NCBI RefSeq assembly: GCF_009914755.1
Contig: NC_060942.1
Reading direction: 5' to 3' (one strand)
DNA from: the human T2T-CHM13v2.0 reference genome, Homo sapiens
DNA: 64,000 bases
The notes beneath the pieces were generated by a model that saw only the letters and a program-made list of their open reading frames with translations, did no database searches and was not told the DNA's origin. Numbering within the stretch: the first letter of the stretch is position 1; each line of letters starts with the position of its first letter. The translations under genes were made by a program, and so were the position numbers. Positions 1 through 12,909 of this stretch are shown piece by piece.

Positions 1-63
1 AAATGACTGTCAAAGTTACTGATGAGGCATTTCCGATCATAGCTTTAGCTCTGAATATGTTAG

Positions 64-283
64 TGTATTAGATATCTATTGGTACCATAATAAATTGTCA
101 CTAATTTTGTGGATTGAAACAACACCCCTTTATTACCTTACCATTCTCTGTCAAAGGTCTAGCACAATATTGTTGGTTCACAAAATCAAGGTGTGGGCAG
201 GGCTAAGAATCTTTCCTGGGATTCAGGGGATAAATCTACTTCGAAGCTCCTTCAGGTTGTTGTCAGAATTCATTTCCATGCTA
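64..283 (-). mobile_element. MLT1-family (ERVL-MaLR) LTR fragment
   Basis: tgtattag start and aaatcaaggtgtgggcagggct...ttcaggttgttgtcagaattcatttccatg match the antisense MLT1 LTR pattern; subfamily not resolved. Confidence 0.7.
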
Positions 284-292
284 TAAACATGA

Positions 293-478
293 AAGTGCCT
301 AAGTTTCATTTATGCGAGATGGATAAGCAATAGAGACATGCTGTACAACATTGTGTCTATAGCTAATACTCTTACATTTGTACAAATGCACTTACGTTTA
401 TTTTAAGTACATTATAACTAATGCATTTACAAATTTGTTAGAAGAGTATTTATCGTATTAAGTGTTTTTACTACAACT
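293..478 (+). mobile_element. L1MB-like LINE-1 3' end fragment
   Basis: agagacatgctgtacaacattgtgtctatagctaa...ttaagtgtttttactacaa resembles the L1MA/MB 3' terminus. Confidence 0.7.
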
Positions 479-489
479 TTTGAAAGTTC

Positions 490-660
490 GTTTCCTTCCT
501 TATTTCTTTTCTTCCCTCCTTGTCTCCCTTCTTTCCTTTTTTCTTCCTTCTTTTCCTCCCTCCTTCTTTACTTTCTTCCTTCATTCTCTGCTTCTTTCCT
601 TCCATTCTTTTCTCCCTCCTTCATTCCTTCCCTCCCTCCATCTTCTATTCCTTCCTTTCA
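490..660. repeat. CT-rich polypyrimidine low-complexity tract
   Basis: Degenerate (TTCC/TTTC)n visible directly. Confidence 0.9.
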
Positions 661-1529
661 GTTTGCTATCCCAAGCACAAAGAACAATTTAAGCTTACAA
701 AATTGATTAATATACACCCTGAATAAATTTATGTCAAGTTCCTTCCTGTAATATAATCTTGTTTTTCTACAACTGAAAAATGAGTCTTGAAGGAAAGTAA
801 ACTAAAAGCTGAAAAAGCACAATTTCTATTTTTACTTTGAGGTATAAATTGCCTTTGTCATTTTAAAATATGCCAAGTTAAATATTATGATAAATGCATA
901 GGCTTTTCAGACACATATTTTAAAACATATTTAAGTATGTAAGTTTTCCCAACATGCTAAGTAGAACCAAATAGCAGCCAAATTCCAAGTACACGATTAC
1001 AGCTGAATGTAGAAAGCTGTGAAGAATTTAGTAACGTATAGAAAACCCGGTCCTCAGTTTAGCCAAATACTCTAATTTGGAAGTGCTAAATCTGATGTAA
1101 TTCCAAACCTTTGCTAAAAGAGACCAAGACATGACATGAGACAAAGCTATCTTTGGTCTTCTACAGTTTATGCAAAGTCAAAAATTTTTTCTATCTGCAA
1201 ATTTAATTTCCATAGCTTGATAAACTCATGTCTACCTAATACGTATTTTCATCAAGATAGTTACTTTGATTTAAGGTAATATATTTTACCCTAGGTTTAT
1301 TTATTATTAAGCATTTAAAATTGTGTTTTAAAAATCTGTGGCACTAGTTTCACTAGAATTTTATTGATTCTGTTATTCTATTAGTCAAGATGCAGGTATT
1401 TGAGTGATTGCCTCAATCTTATCTCTACTATTCGCCCTTTATTTTATCATGAAATTTTGCAGCAAAATGGATTGTCTGCAACACCAATACTATGGCAGAA
1501 ATATAAAATTCATAAACCCTCTTAAATTA

Positions 1530-1610
1530 GGAAAAGAAAAGGAAAAGAGGAAGGAAGAGGGGAAGAAAAAAAGGAGAACAAGAAGAGGAAGGAGAAGTAG
1601 AAAAAAATAA
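1530..1610. repeat. GA-rich low-complexity tract
   Basis: Purine run gaaaagaaaaggaaaagaggaaggaagagg... Confidence 0.85.
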
Positions 1611-2519
1611 CACATAGGCATCATGGATGGCATTCTGTGTACGATGTATATGAAAGGACTTGTTTCTTTGTATGTGTGAAAGGACTTGCTTCCTAGCTCA
1701 TACTACAATTGCAATGGTTTTTTGAGGAAAAAACTAACTAATAGATTAAACATAGAGTATAGATTAAACATAGAGTGTAAAATAGTGAGATGGAAAGATA
1801 ACATTATAGACATACATATAATTATAGGGGAAAATGCCAAATAGATAATATAGTATTTTCCACCTCTGAAATATATTTATATCTCTGAGATGGACACACA
1901 TGTTCAGTTTTATGTAAAGGAAACACAGGATATTTAATAACAGTTTTGACTTAACAAGAAAATGAGAATGAATGTCATTCCCCAGGTGTCATTCTGGCTG
2001 CCTCAGACTGTTCTCGGCCACCCATCAGTCCTGATTTTAGTGCAGATAATGTTGACATAGGCGTGTGGACAAACCATTGTATCACCTATGAGGGATCTAA
2101 CAGAGTGTAATCGATAAAGTGTAGTCTCAAGACAATTATTGTAAATTTAAGCTATGTACAGGACAAAAAAGGTAAATACTATATACAAGTGAGTGCAACT
2201 TAAAAATAAATGTGTTTCAATGAGAAAAGCACAAATTTAAAATTGTAGGAAGAAGAAAAAATTTTGTCAATATTAAAATTTTTTCATTAACAGGAAAAGT
2301 ATCTTCACAAATAAACATTATTAATGGATGCAATATAGAATATACTTAAATATTTATGCCCTATTTGGAATGAAACAATCTTTAAAAATATTTTTAACTT
2401 GATGTCTGGTATTCTTTTACACCGATTTGACCCCACATATTTAGAAATTGCCATACTCTATAGAGAACCAATTTTTATTAATAATTCTATCATTAATATC
2501 TTTGCTCAAATGTTCATTT

Positions 2520-2760
2520 AAATCTATTATTTTATCACATTATTTAAAACATCTATTATCTGATGCTGTATTAATGGATATAATTATAATGAATAATATT
2601 AACAGATAATATATAGATGATACTAAACCAGATATTATAAATTAGTTAATATTGATGATATTGTTTATATATTAATAATATTAATGGAGATTAATATTAT
2701 TAATCTAGATAATATTTATCTGGATCCTATTAATGAGAATATATAAGTAATATCTTTTAT
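2520..2760. repeat. AT-rich low-complexity region
   Basis: Recurrent taatatt/attaat/gata motifs. Confidence 0.7.
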
Positions 2761-3418
2761 CATATGTAAAATAATTTCAAAAGAGTACAATTTCAGGGTA
2801 AAGGATCACCTACTGTTTGAGCCCTTGGAACATAATTGCAAGATCATTTCATCAGCACAGAAAAGAATGTCAACCCTCTTCTCGTTATTGGCTAAAAATG
2901 ACATTTCCCTTTTATTTGAATAATGTTCTGTATTTTTCCCATCATAACTTCTCAGAACAGCAGTGAAAATCCATGTTACTGTGTTTGTTTCTTAAACCAT
3001 TTAAGGAATTAGTTTGTTTTTTATTTAGAAAGTCAGTTTTTACCAATTCTGATTATAATGATGTTTTAAAATAAATGTTTTAAGAACTTAAAACATTAAA
3101 CTACATTGAGCTAATATAACTTCAAAAATAACATGCTCTTTGTAGAACCAGAGACCTTCAGAGAGCAACTCATGCTGTTTACTTGATTTTGGTTATTGTC
3201 TATAATAAGTGAAGTGATGCCTAATCCCTTCCTATTTCTAAAGGAGGATATAAATATAAAAGACTCTTTGATTAGGAGGAATCAGACAAGAGATTTTTTA
3301 GGAAACATAAAAATATCAGCTGATGTACAATCCTAGCATTTATTTTACTGTTTCTTAATGTGTCTCTTTGTCCAATCCTCCCATGGCATCAGATCCTACA
3401 GCAGAAAGTGCTTATCAA

Positions 3419-3689
3419 ACTGTCCAGGGGCCACTGCATCCCTGGGCTTATTACAATGCCAGTATTGGCATCGTCTGATTTCCATCTCTATATTTGCCAT
3501 ATTAACAAGTTGACTGCCAGAGTAGTACTTAAATGAGTTTATTAAATGCATTTTATTTTTGAAGCAGTATTCTATAGTTTTAGAGGTGACCCACTTTGTG
3601 TTTAGATTTCAACACATTTTTTGCAAAGATTGGTTTTATAACTCAGAGAAGAATCACAAGCACTGTGGTAACATAAAACAGGATGATTT
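3419..3689 (+). repeat. Local direct duplication, copy 1 (pairs with 3966-4246)
   Basis: actgtccaggggccactgcatccc...ggtaacataaaacaggatgattt recurs 547 bp downstream. Confidence 0.95.
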
Positions 3690-3965
3690 TTTTTCCAAGT
3701 GTCCAACATGAGAGAGTGTTTAAATGTACTGTAAACAGATTTGCTGAATAAACGGAATTGAAAAGCACTCCCATGGGATGACAGACAGAACAGGGTGAAG
3801 AAAATCAGCCCAATAATGGAAACTGAGAAGCAAATGTATAAAACCAGAAAAACATTATGAGATAAAAGTCAGAGCATGTAGCTCTGCGGAGACATGGTGG
3901 AAAGGGTCACTCCTCCAGCTACAGCTTTTTTCTTAAAGCCTGTTTAGTGCACTACTGGTAGAGCC

Positions 3966-4246
3966 ACTGTCCAGGGGCCACTGCATCCCCAGGCTTATTA
4001 CAATGCCAGTATCAGCATCATCTTATTTCCATCTCTGTACTTGCCATACTTAACAAGTTGACTGCCACAGTAGTGCTTAAAAGAGTTTATTAACTGCATT
4101 TTATTTTTGAAGCATTATTGTATAGTTTTAGAGGTGACCCTCTGTTTGTTTAAATTTCAACAATTTTTTTTTTTTTTTTGCAAAGATTGGTTTTATCACC
4201 CAGAGAAGAATCACAAGCACTCTGGTAACATAAAACAGGATAATTT
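3966..4246 (+). repeat. Local direct duplication, copy 2 (pairs with 3419-3689)
   Basis: About 22 substitutions by hand count, one 1-bp indel and an expanded poly-T relative to copy 1. Confidence 0.95.
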
Positions 4247-4279
4247 CTGTTATCTCTCATGGCTGCTATTTACATGGCA

Positions 4280-5050
4280 TTTCTTTTTTATTTTTATCTT
4301 TGAATTTAAAGTTGCTGCTGCTTGTTTGTTTTACGGATTTGGCTGCACGAGTCCAGTGCATCCCCAGATGCCCCTGCTCCAATTACACCCCTGGATTCGA
4401 ACCATTTAGTGATCAGCCACTGATTGGGCTTAAGTCCCATGAGTCAGTAAGGTTTCCACCTTTAACGTTGGATCTAGGCATGGCCTGGACACCACCCCAC
4501 AGTTCAGGGGGTTCGTGACTTTATGCATTATTCAGGCAGGAACTGGGGAATCGCAGATTCTGGAGATCTGACTCTGTTTTCTCCTCATATGGCACACACG
4601 GGGCAGGTGCACAGCCTGCATCACAACCAGGACAGACGACTGGGGTTTTTAGCTGTGCTCACTTTGAATGTATTTTCTCTGATTTCCCCATAAGCTTCTG
4701 AGTTGCCTGGTTTCATTGGCATCACACACAGCTATTATCCTCCAGTGACTGCCAGCCGAGTGGCCTATTGTTTTCCACAACACTCTGGCATGTGCATCGC
4801 TCCACAGTCTGATGCAAAGTTCAGCCACTTGGCAAGGGCCCCGTGTTCGGTGCTGATGGTCTGTGAGGCTTACTCCAACTCTTGACTTTCCCTTGTTACA
4901 TCTCTTGATTCACTTTTCCTCATTTCTGGGACTGTTTTTGTTTGTTTGGTCATTTGACTGTTTAGTAACTTGGCTGTGGAATGTTTTCCTTGAAGTTTGT
5001 ATTCTCTGCTATTTATGCTCAGATGTTTGCCTTTATTTTATCTTGCATTC
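4280..5050 (-). mobile_element. Old L1M 5'-region fragment(s)
   Basis: gagtcagtaaggtttccaccttt, ctattgttttccacaac, gctccacagtctgat and tgtttagtaacttggctg resemble antisense L1M(C/D) 5' sequence. Confidence 0.55.
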
Positions 5051-6349
5051 TGGCTTCTTAGACATTGCTAATGAATCAACATAAGCCATGTATGGTTCAA
5101 GTTTTATGATTAGTCCCCCTTAGCTAGGGAGATTTTCACCCTTTTACATTGAATGTACGTGCAGCTTAGAGACAGCTTCCACAGTTCAGAAAGGTTACGG
5201 TTTTAACCTTCATTGAGCCAAGAACAGTGACTTCAGAGGTCCTTCTCTGGTCTTTTCTCCAAGGTAGTAGTTTGGAAACATACACTGTTTTCCAAAAAAC
5301 CAGGAATTAGTGTGATTTTATGTTAAATCTAGCTTTCCAGATGGTACACCTGGCTCAGAGTAGCTTATGGCTCAGCTGGTGTTTTAAAAGAAGTTGTGTG
5401 TAAGCACCTCAATCCAGTAAGCATTCTAGATTTTTCTGATGAAGCTGTGTAAATTGCAGAATGAATTCAAGTCTGCCCTGTTTTTCATGGTGCATGGTCC
5501 CGAGAGGTATAGTACAGTGCATGTACACAGCCTCCTGGACCTCAGGAAAAAGTTGGGCCCAGGAGGATTCTTTTTGTGTTTTTTCTATTAGTGTCTGTAT
5601 TAAACTTACAAGTCTACCATTTCATATGATGCAATTCATATGGAGAATTACCAATTTTCTCTTTATTGCCAGCTACGAAGATCCTCCATATAAACTCCTC
5701 CAGGCTTAGTACTACATAAAGTCAGTCCCTTAAGGCTATACTATGAAGCTCTCCATCCTTATAGCCCACATTTTTACCCTTAGGAAGAACTTCTGCAGTA
5801 GACCTGGGGTGGAGCAGTGTGGCCCCCTCCAGCCAGAGTGGGTCTCCTGGGCTATGTATGTGTGGGTGCTCAGAGAGAGGGATGGTCGCCCCGGTCTTCA
5901 GCTTGACCCTTTCTGTGAGTATGGGGGCGATAAAGGTCTGAGTGTCTGGGGTGTCCTATCTGAAGCAGAGCCTTTGCCTTATGAGTGGGAGGTGGGTTGG
6001 AGAAAACAAAGCTAGTCCACTCAGTCATGCTTGCTCAGAATATTACTTTCATAAGACAGGCCTGGAGATGGATAAGAGGCTCTGGAGGCCTCTTCTTCAC
6101 CAGTGACATCATAGCTTTAGGCTAGGAATAGAGAGGACAAGGAACCCCTGTCTCTTTGGTGGAACCTGCCTGGTGTAAGTGCCTGGAGTTGATTTCCATC
6201 TCTTGGAGTTAAGGAGTGGGGAGCAGGTCCTGGCTCAAATGAGCTAGACTTCTACCAAGATTTTTGTAGATTTTCGTGAATTAAAGTTTCCCATTTGCTG
6301 CATACATTTAGGACAAATTTCAGAGACTTTAAATTGTTTTTTGAAATAA

Positions 6350-6777
<428 letters not shown>

Positions 6778-6929
6778 TGTCTTTTAAATTGTATTAAAAT
6801 ACTTTGGAATTTTCTTTAGGTTACATCAATTAAGCAATTTTGGGAGAATTTAAATCTACATGTATCAGGTCTTCCTAGACACAAATGTTGTACTTTTTTT
6901 ATTTACCTAGGTCTTCTTTGTTATTAAAG

Positions 6930-6930
6930 T

Positions 6931-6967
<37 letters not shown>

Positions 6968-7085
6968 TCACACACACACACATACACATACACACATAAA
7001 TATATATATATTTTCTGTAGCTAACTTATATAAATTTATCTATATATATACATAAACACATAAATATATATATTTTCTATAGCTA
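6930..7085. repeat. Compound (TA)n(CA)n microsatellite with a duplicated cacataaa(ta)n ttttct.tagcta unit
   Basis: Directly visible. Confidence 0.9.
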
Positions 7086-7336
7086 TCATATCATTTCAGT
7101 TAGAATGATCTTGAGGTATTTGATATTATTGTAAGTGGTGTAATTTCTTTAGTAACGTTTTCTGTTTCTTGCTGATATAAAACATGTATAAACTTTTCAA
7201 TATTAATCTTATATCAAACATCATCTTAAATTGTTTTATTATTTAAGATAAAAAATTGAATTGTCTAATATAAACAATCAGGTGATCCAGATTTATCTTC
7301 TTTAATTTTATTATCTATGAACCATAGAAAAACCTT

Positions 7337-7648
7337 TTGTTTTTTTTTTGTTTGTTTTTTTTTTAAGACGAAGTCTTGCTCTGTCACTCAGGCTGCAGTG
7401 CAGCGCAGTGGTGCGATCTCGGCTCACTGCACTCTGTCTCCCGGGTTCAAGCAGCTCTCCTGCCTCAGCCTCCCTAGTAGCTGGGAATACAAGCACCCAC
7501 CACCACACCCGGCTAATTTTTGTGTTTTAGTAGAGACGGGGTTTCACCATGTTGTCCAGGCTGGTCTCAAACTCCTGACCTCAAGTGATCCGCCCACCTT
7601 GGCCTCCCAAAATGCTGGGATTAACAGGTATGAGCCACCACGCCTGGC
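7337..7648 (-). mobile_element. AluS (Sz/Sx-like), full length
   Basis: Two-arm Alu with ctcaagtgatccgccc; TSD agaaaaacctt (7326-7336) / agaaaaatctt (7649-7659). Confidence 0.95.
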
Positions 7649-8225
7649 AGAAAAATCTTGAGTCAAAATGATACTGGATATCTTTGCCATATTTGTCCAC
7701 TTAAGGGAATTTTCTAATATTTTTCCTATATAAGATGGTAAGTTAATATTTATGCTTAAATAACTTTATTGAGTTAGCAAGTGTTGTGTTACTAATGTAT
7801 GTTGAATTTTATCAAGGGATTGAAAATTTCAATTCATCATTTTAAAAATTCAATCTTGTAATATGGTGAATTACATTTATAAATTTTCTTTTATTAAATT
7901 CTACTTACCCTTTGGGGATAAACACGAAATGATATAGACTTAGACATAAAGTTTGTTAATATTTCGCTTATAAATCTTATACCCGTATTTATCTTTTAAT
8001 AGTTTTGTTGTGCTTATGCTGGCCTCATATTAAGACTTAAATTATATTCCTCATTTTGTATTACTTATATAATATTGGGAGGACTTTCTATTTTTAACTA
8101 AAAGAACTATTCAGTAAAACCAACTGTGCCTAGTGTCCATTTTTAGAAAAAAATCACCCTTGTTTTAGTTTTCAGCAGTTTCATAAATAAGCTTTTATAT
8201 TTTCAAAGTTTACAAAATTTGTGTC

Positions 8226-9120
8226 ATATGATTATCCAAATTAGAAGACAAATATTGACAAACAGATAATCAGTAAAATTCATATAACTGTTTTTGATAA
8301 GTTTCACACCTAAAGCATAAATCCAAACAAATAAAAGATTAGAAAAATTCATATTAGGCAAATCTAATATAAACCCTTCCATAGCTTTATTAATATCAGC
8401 TAAAATAAATTTTAAAATAAAAGAATTAAAATATAAAAAATAACAAAAATCTAGAAAAGATACCACAGAAGAATAGTTTCATGAAGATAGGGTACTAAAT
8501 GATTTTAACACTAATGGCACTATCTATGAGGACAAAGATTGATAAATCTGATTTTATAAAAATAATTAAAGTTTTCAAAATTTTTGCCCCCAAAACATCA
8601 AGTGAGTGAAAAGATAACCCAAAGTGTAAGTGTAGAAGAAGATATTTGCAGCACACTTAACTTCATAATATGGAAAAACCATAATGATATGTCAATCTAT
8701 ACCTACTAAATGGTGAAATTTAAACAAACAAATGGAAATAAAGGTCTAAAAGTTGCAGTAATTGATGAGGATGAGAAGAAATGAAACCTTCTCATATGGC
8801 TGTGGAGGTTAAATTAATGACTATGTGTCCACTGAGCAAATATATACTCCCATAAGCCTACCAACAGATATGATTGCACCAAAATACATATAATAAGAAT
8901 GTCATAACAGCATTCTTTGCAATAGCTCAAAACTAGACTGAAAATAAGTATTCTCAATGGTAAAATATATCAATATACCATAGTTTTTTATTACACATTT
9001 GAACATCTTATAGCAATGAAAATGAACAATCTTCTAAAACACAATGGGGATGTATCTCATAAATTTTGTAGTGAATGAAAAAAAGTAACACAGACCCTAT
9101 GTTTGTTCAACTATTTAAAT
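8226..9120 (+). mobile_element. Decayed L1ME/MD fragments (ORF2 and 3' region)
   Basis: aaagattgataaatctgattttataaaaat, gatatttgca, ttgatgaggatgagaagaaatgaaac, tatagcaatgaaaatgaacaa. Confidence 0.6.
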
Positions 9121-9124
9121 AGAA

Positions 9125-10817
9125 TATAGGTAAACAGAATAATGGTTGCATAAAGATGCTCACATCCCTATGGATGCTGTGAATATGATTTCTTACATTG
9201 CAGAAGAAAATCTGCATCTATGATTAAGTTGAAGGTCTTGATATGAGATTATTATGGATTATCTGGGTGAGACCAATCTAATTGGATGAGTCCTTAAAAG
9301 CAAATAAGCTGTTAACTCTGATGATAGTTTCTTTTGCTGTGCAGAAGCTCTTTAGTTTAATTTGATCCCATTTGTCAATTTTGCCTTTTGTTGCCATTGC
9401 TTTTGGTGTTTTAGTCATGAAGTCTTTGCCCATGCCTATATCCTGAATGGTATTGCCTAGGTTTTCTTCTGGTGTTTTTTATGGTTTTAGGTCTTATGTT
9501 TAAGTCTTTGAGAAAATTTTTGCAATCTCTTCATCTGACAAAGAGCTAATATCCAGAATCTACAAAGAACTTAAACAAATTTACTAGAAAAAAAAATCCC
9601 CATTAAAAAGTGGGCTAAGGATATAAACAGACACTTCTCAAAAGAAGACATTTATGTGGCCAAGAAACATATGAAAAAAGCCTCATCATAATTGGTCATT
9701 AGAGAAATGCAAACCAAAACCGCAATGAGATACCATCTCACGCCAGTTAGAATGGCAATCATTAAAAAGTCAGGAAACAACAGATGCTGGAGAGGATGTG
9801 GAGAAATAGGAATGCTTTTACACTGTTGGTAACAGTGTAAATTAGTTCAACCATTGTAGAAGACAGTGTGGCAATTCCTCAAGGATCTAGAACCAGAAAT
9901 ACCATTTGACTCAGCAATCCCATTACTGGGTAGATACCCAAAGGATGATAAATCATTCTACTATAAAGACACATGCACATGTATGTTTATTGCAGCACTA
10001 TTCACAACAGCAAAGACTTGGAACCAACCCAAATGCCCATCAATGATAGACTGGATAAAGAAAATGTGGTACATATTTGTTTGACCTCATGTATTAGTAT
10101 GAGAATCATGAATACTATGCAGCCATAAAAAAGAATGAGTTCATGTCCTTTGCAGGGACATGGATGCAGCCAGAAACCATCATTCTCAGCATACAAACAT
10201 AGGAAACGAAAACCAAACACCACATGTTCTCACTTACAAGTGGGAGTGGAACAATGAGAACACATGGACGGAGAAAGGGGAACATCACATACTGGGGCCT
10301 GTCGGGTGGTGAGGGGCTAGGGGACGGATAGCATTAGGAGAAATATCTAATGTAGATGACAAGTTGATGGGTGCAGCAAACCAACATGGCCTGTGTATAC
10401 CTATGTAACAAACCTGCACGTTCTGCACATGTATCCCAGAACTTAAAGTATAATAAATAATTTGTTGTTTAAAAAAGCAAAGAACCTATCCTGACTGGAA
10501 TTAAGAAGAGATGTGACATTGGAAGAATAGTCAGAGTGAGATCCCATGAAAAAGTCTTGACCTGCCATTTCTGGTCTTCAAGATGGAGAAAAGGGGGCCA
10601 TGACCAAGGGATGAAGGAAGTTTCCAGAAGCTGTAGAATAAACAGATTATCTTCTAGAGCTTCCAGGAAGAGAGACAGCCTGACAACACCTTGTTTTGAG
10701 CCGAGTGTAACTAGTTTCAGACTTCTGATCTGTAGAACTGTGAGATTATGAGTGTGTGCTAATTTAAGCCACTAAATTTATGTTAATTTTTTATGGCCTC
10801 AATAGAAAACTAATACA
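9125..10817 (+). mobile_element. MLT1D-like LTR split by an L1PA insertion (LTR parts 9125-9307 and 10473-10817)
   Basis: cagaataatgg...gattaagttgaaggtcttga 5' part; ttaagccactaaattt...aatagaaaactaataca 3' terminus. Confidence 0.85.
9308..10472 (+). mobile_element. L1PA (about PA6-PA8) 5'-truncated insertion with 5' inversion: 9308-9509 antisense, 9510-10472 sense
   Basis: ORF2 C-terminal peptide WQFLKDLEPEIPFDSAIPLLG in ORF 9866-10084; 3' end cagaacttaaagtataataa; TSD aaaagcaaataa (9296-9307) / aaaagcaaagaa (10473-10484). Confidence 0.93.
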
Positions 10818-12799
10818 TGAGGCCAAGCAAATCTGTGCTATTAGTGATCTGCTTTATTTTTGTGAATGTAAAGAGTGGTAATTGGGTATGCAGAATGTGA
10901 CCTTTTATTGTCTTAGGAAAGTTCTACTTATTCACTAGGTTAAGATTACACAGTTTCAATCATTTTACAATAATCATTGTAAAAACAAACAAATCTCCAA
11001 ATAATTAAATTGCAATGTGGAAGACAGCCTTGAAATAATCACAAGTATTCAAATCACAGGCCTTAAAAAATGAAGGAATATGACATAAAAGACGTAAGCA
11101 TAAAATCTGCTATAAGAAAAATGGTGTCCCTAAAGAAAATACTTGAACTGAACAGGCAAGAATCTGAGGGATGATATGAAACAACAACAACAAAAACAAA
11201 ACCATGGGCCTAGACAATATTGAAAAAGAATGCAGTGATGTCTTTACATTCAAGATTTAAGAAAATTTCCAATAACTATTCATATAGTTATGAATAAATA
11301 AATTTTCTAATTCATAATAATGTAAAAAAAGTTATAATTTTAGTGGAAGAAAATAAAAAATGGCATCAGATATTTCTATTTTGACAATATTAAAATATAT
11401 TGAGAGTATACAGAGATTAAAATGAAGAAGTTGGGGTACAAAATATCAATAGTAATTTATGTTGTAACATACATGTGATATGTACATTGTTAGATATGTG
11501 AAACTTGGGAATGTACCCCAACTATTTCCTCATGCTGAGGAAAAAATGCACACAAATAGAAAAAAGAACGCTTGAATATTTACTCTTGCTCTATAAAGGT
11601 TCAATATAAATTAATATAGTATTTAAATTTTTCCAGTGTATTATCACTAATTTTGAGCAATGGAAACTAAATGTCTAATGAAATTAATTTGGGTACACAA
11701 ATTACAGCACATCTGCAAGATAACAAAGCTTGTATCAATTTAAAATGCTTATGAAATAATAATATGCACGGTATATCAGGTATAAAGTATACTTCAAAAC
11801 AGTACTGTGGTTTAATTCCAATTTAAAAGAGGAAAAAAATAAATGTCTGGATTTTTTTTCAAATTTAAATATTTATTTTCACATGGTCTTTAATGGATAG
11901 ATACTATTTTTGTTAAATGTAGAAATAAATATCTATTTAAAAGAAAATATTCAAAATTGTAAATCAACTATACTGTAATACATTAGACTGAAGAAACTTC
12001 CAGAAAAGAAGCTAAACAAAACGCCTCAAAATAAGTTTTTATGTTTTATTTAAAAATATTTAACGTACTTTGTAAGATGAAGATGTTTTCAGATTTACAT
12101 ATTTTAATTTCCTGAGTGCTGCAATCCATCAACTTACTTGCCAAAATATACAGATGTCCTTACATTGCAGTAGATTACTTTACATTTTATTTTCTCCAAT
12201 TTGTATGGAGTCACAAATCAAAAAGTTTGCAACACAGTTTTGATTAATTAAGACTCAATAGAAGCTGTTTCCTGTTTTAGGTTTGACAGTAATTTAGCGT
12301 AATATAAGTGGCATGGCATTAAACTACATTCCTGAACAGAATTCACTTCCATTAACAAGCTCCATTAGAGAAACATAGCTGTCCACAAATCAACCATTTT
12401 GTGTCAGTTTCAGTAATTACGGTTTGGGGATAATTGGTGTAATATCACACCTTTTCTTATAGTGCTTGAATTGTTTGGCTATGCAAGGCAAGGCATACTG
12501 TTGAATAAAGTATAAGCTAAATGGAATTTTAAATTATTTGTATCAGAGACTGCTACTCTGAGAAGAAAAAAGCCAATTGCTTTATGAAATTCATGACTGC
12601 TATTTTAACTCTGAATGAATAATATATTTATTAACAGACAATTTAAGGTAAATTTAAAAAATGCATATAAATATTAACAAAAATTTACCTTTCTTAAGAC
12701 ATGGTGATTTGCAATGTCATACTCCATTAAGAAAAACAAATGTTGTACTTGTGTTATCTATTATAAGGGTATATTTTTACTCCACTAAATTAAAAAACA

Positions 12800-12872
12800 T
12801 ATATGCACACACATATATACATAAAAAATACATGTATTTCATACATATATATAAAAAAATATATATATATAT

Positions 12873-12903
<31 letters not shown>

Positions 12904-12909
12904 CACACA
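12800..12909. repeat. (TA)n(CA)n compound microsatellite
   Basis: Directly visible. Confidence 0.9.

Noticed and set aside
4107-5084. Cluster of + strand ORFs with raised GC, suggesting exons or a processed pseudogene
   Set aside because: No protein family recognised; sequence resembles antisense old L1 5' region
11030-11560. Possible HAL1 or L1 ORF1 remnant
   Set aside because: A-rich with only weak motif resemblance; too degraded to call by eye
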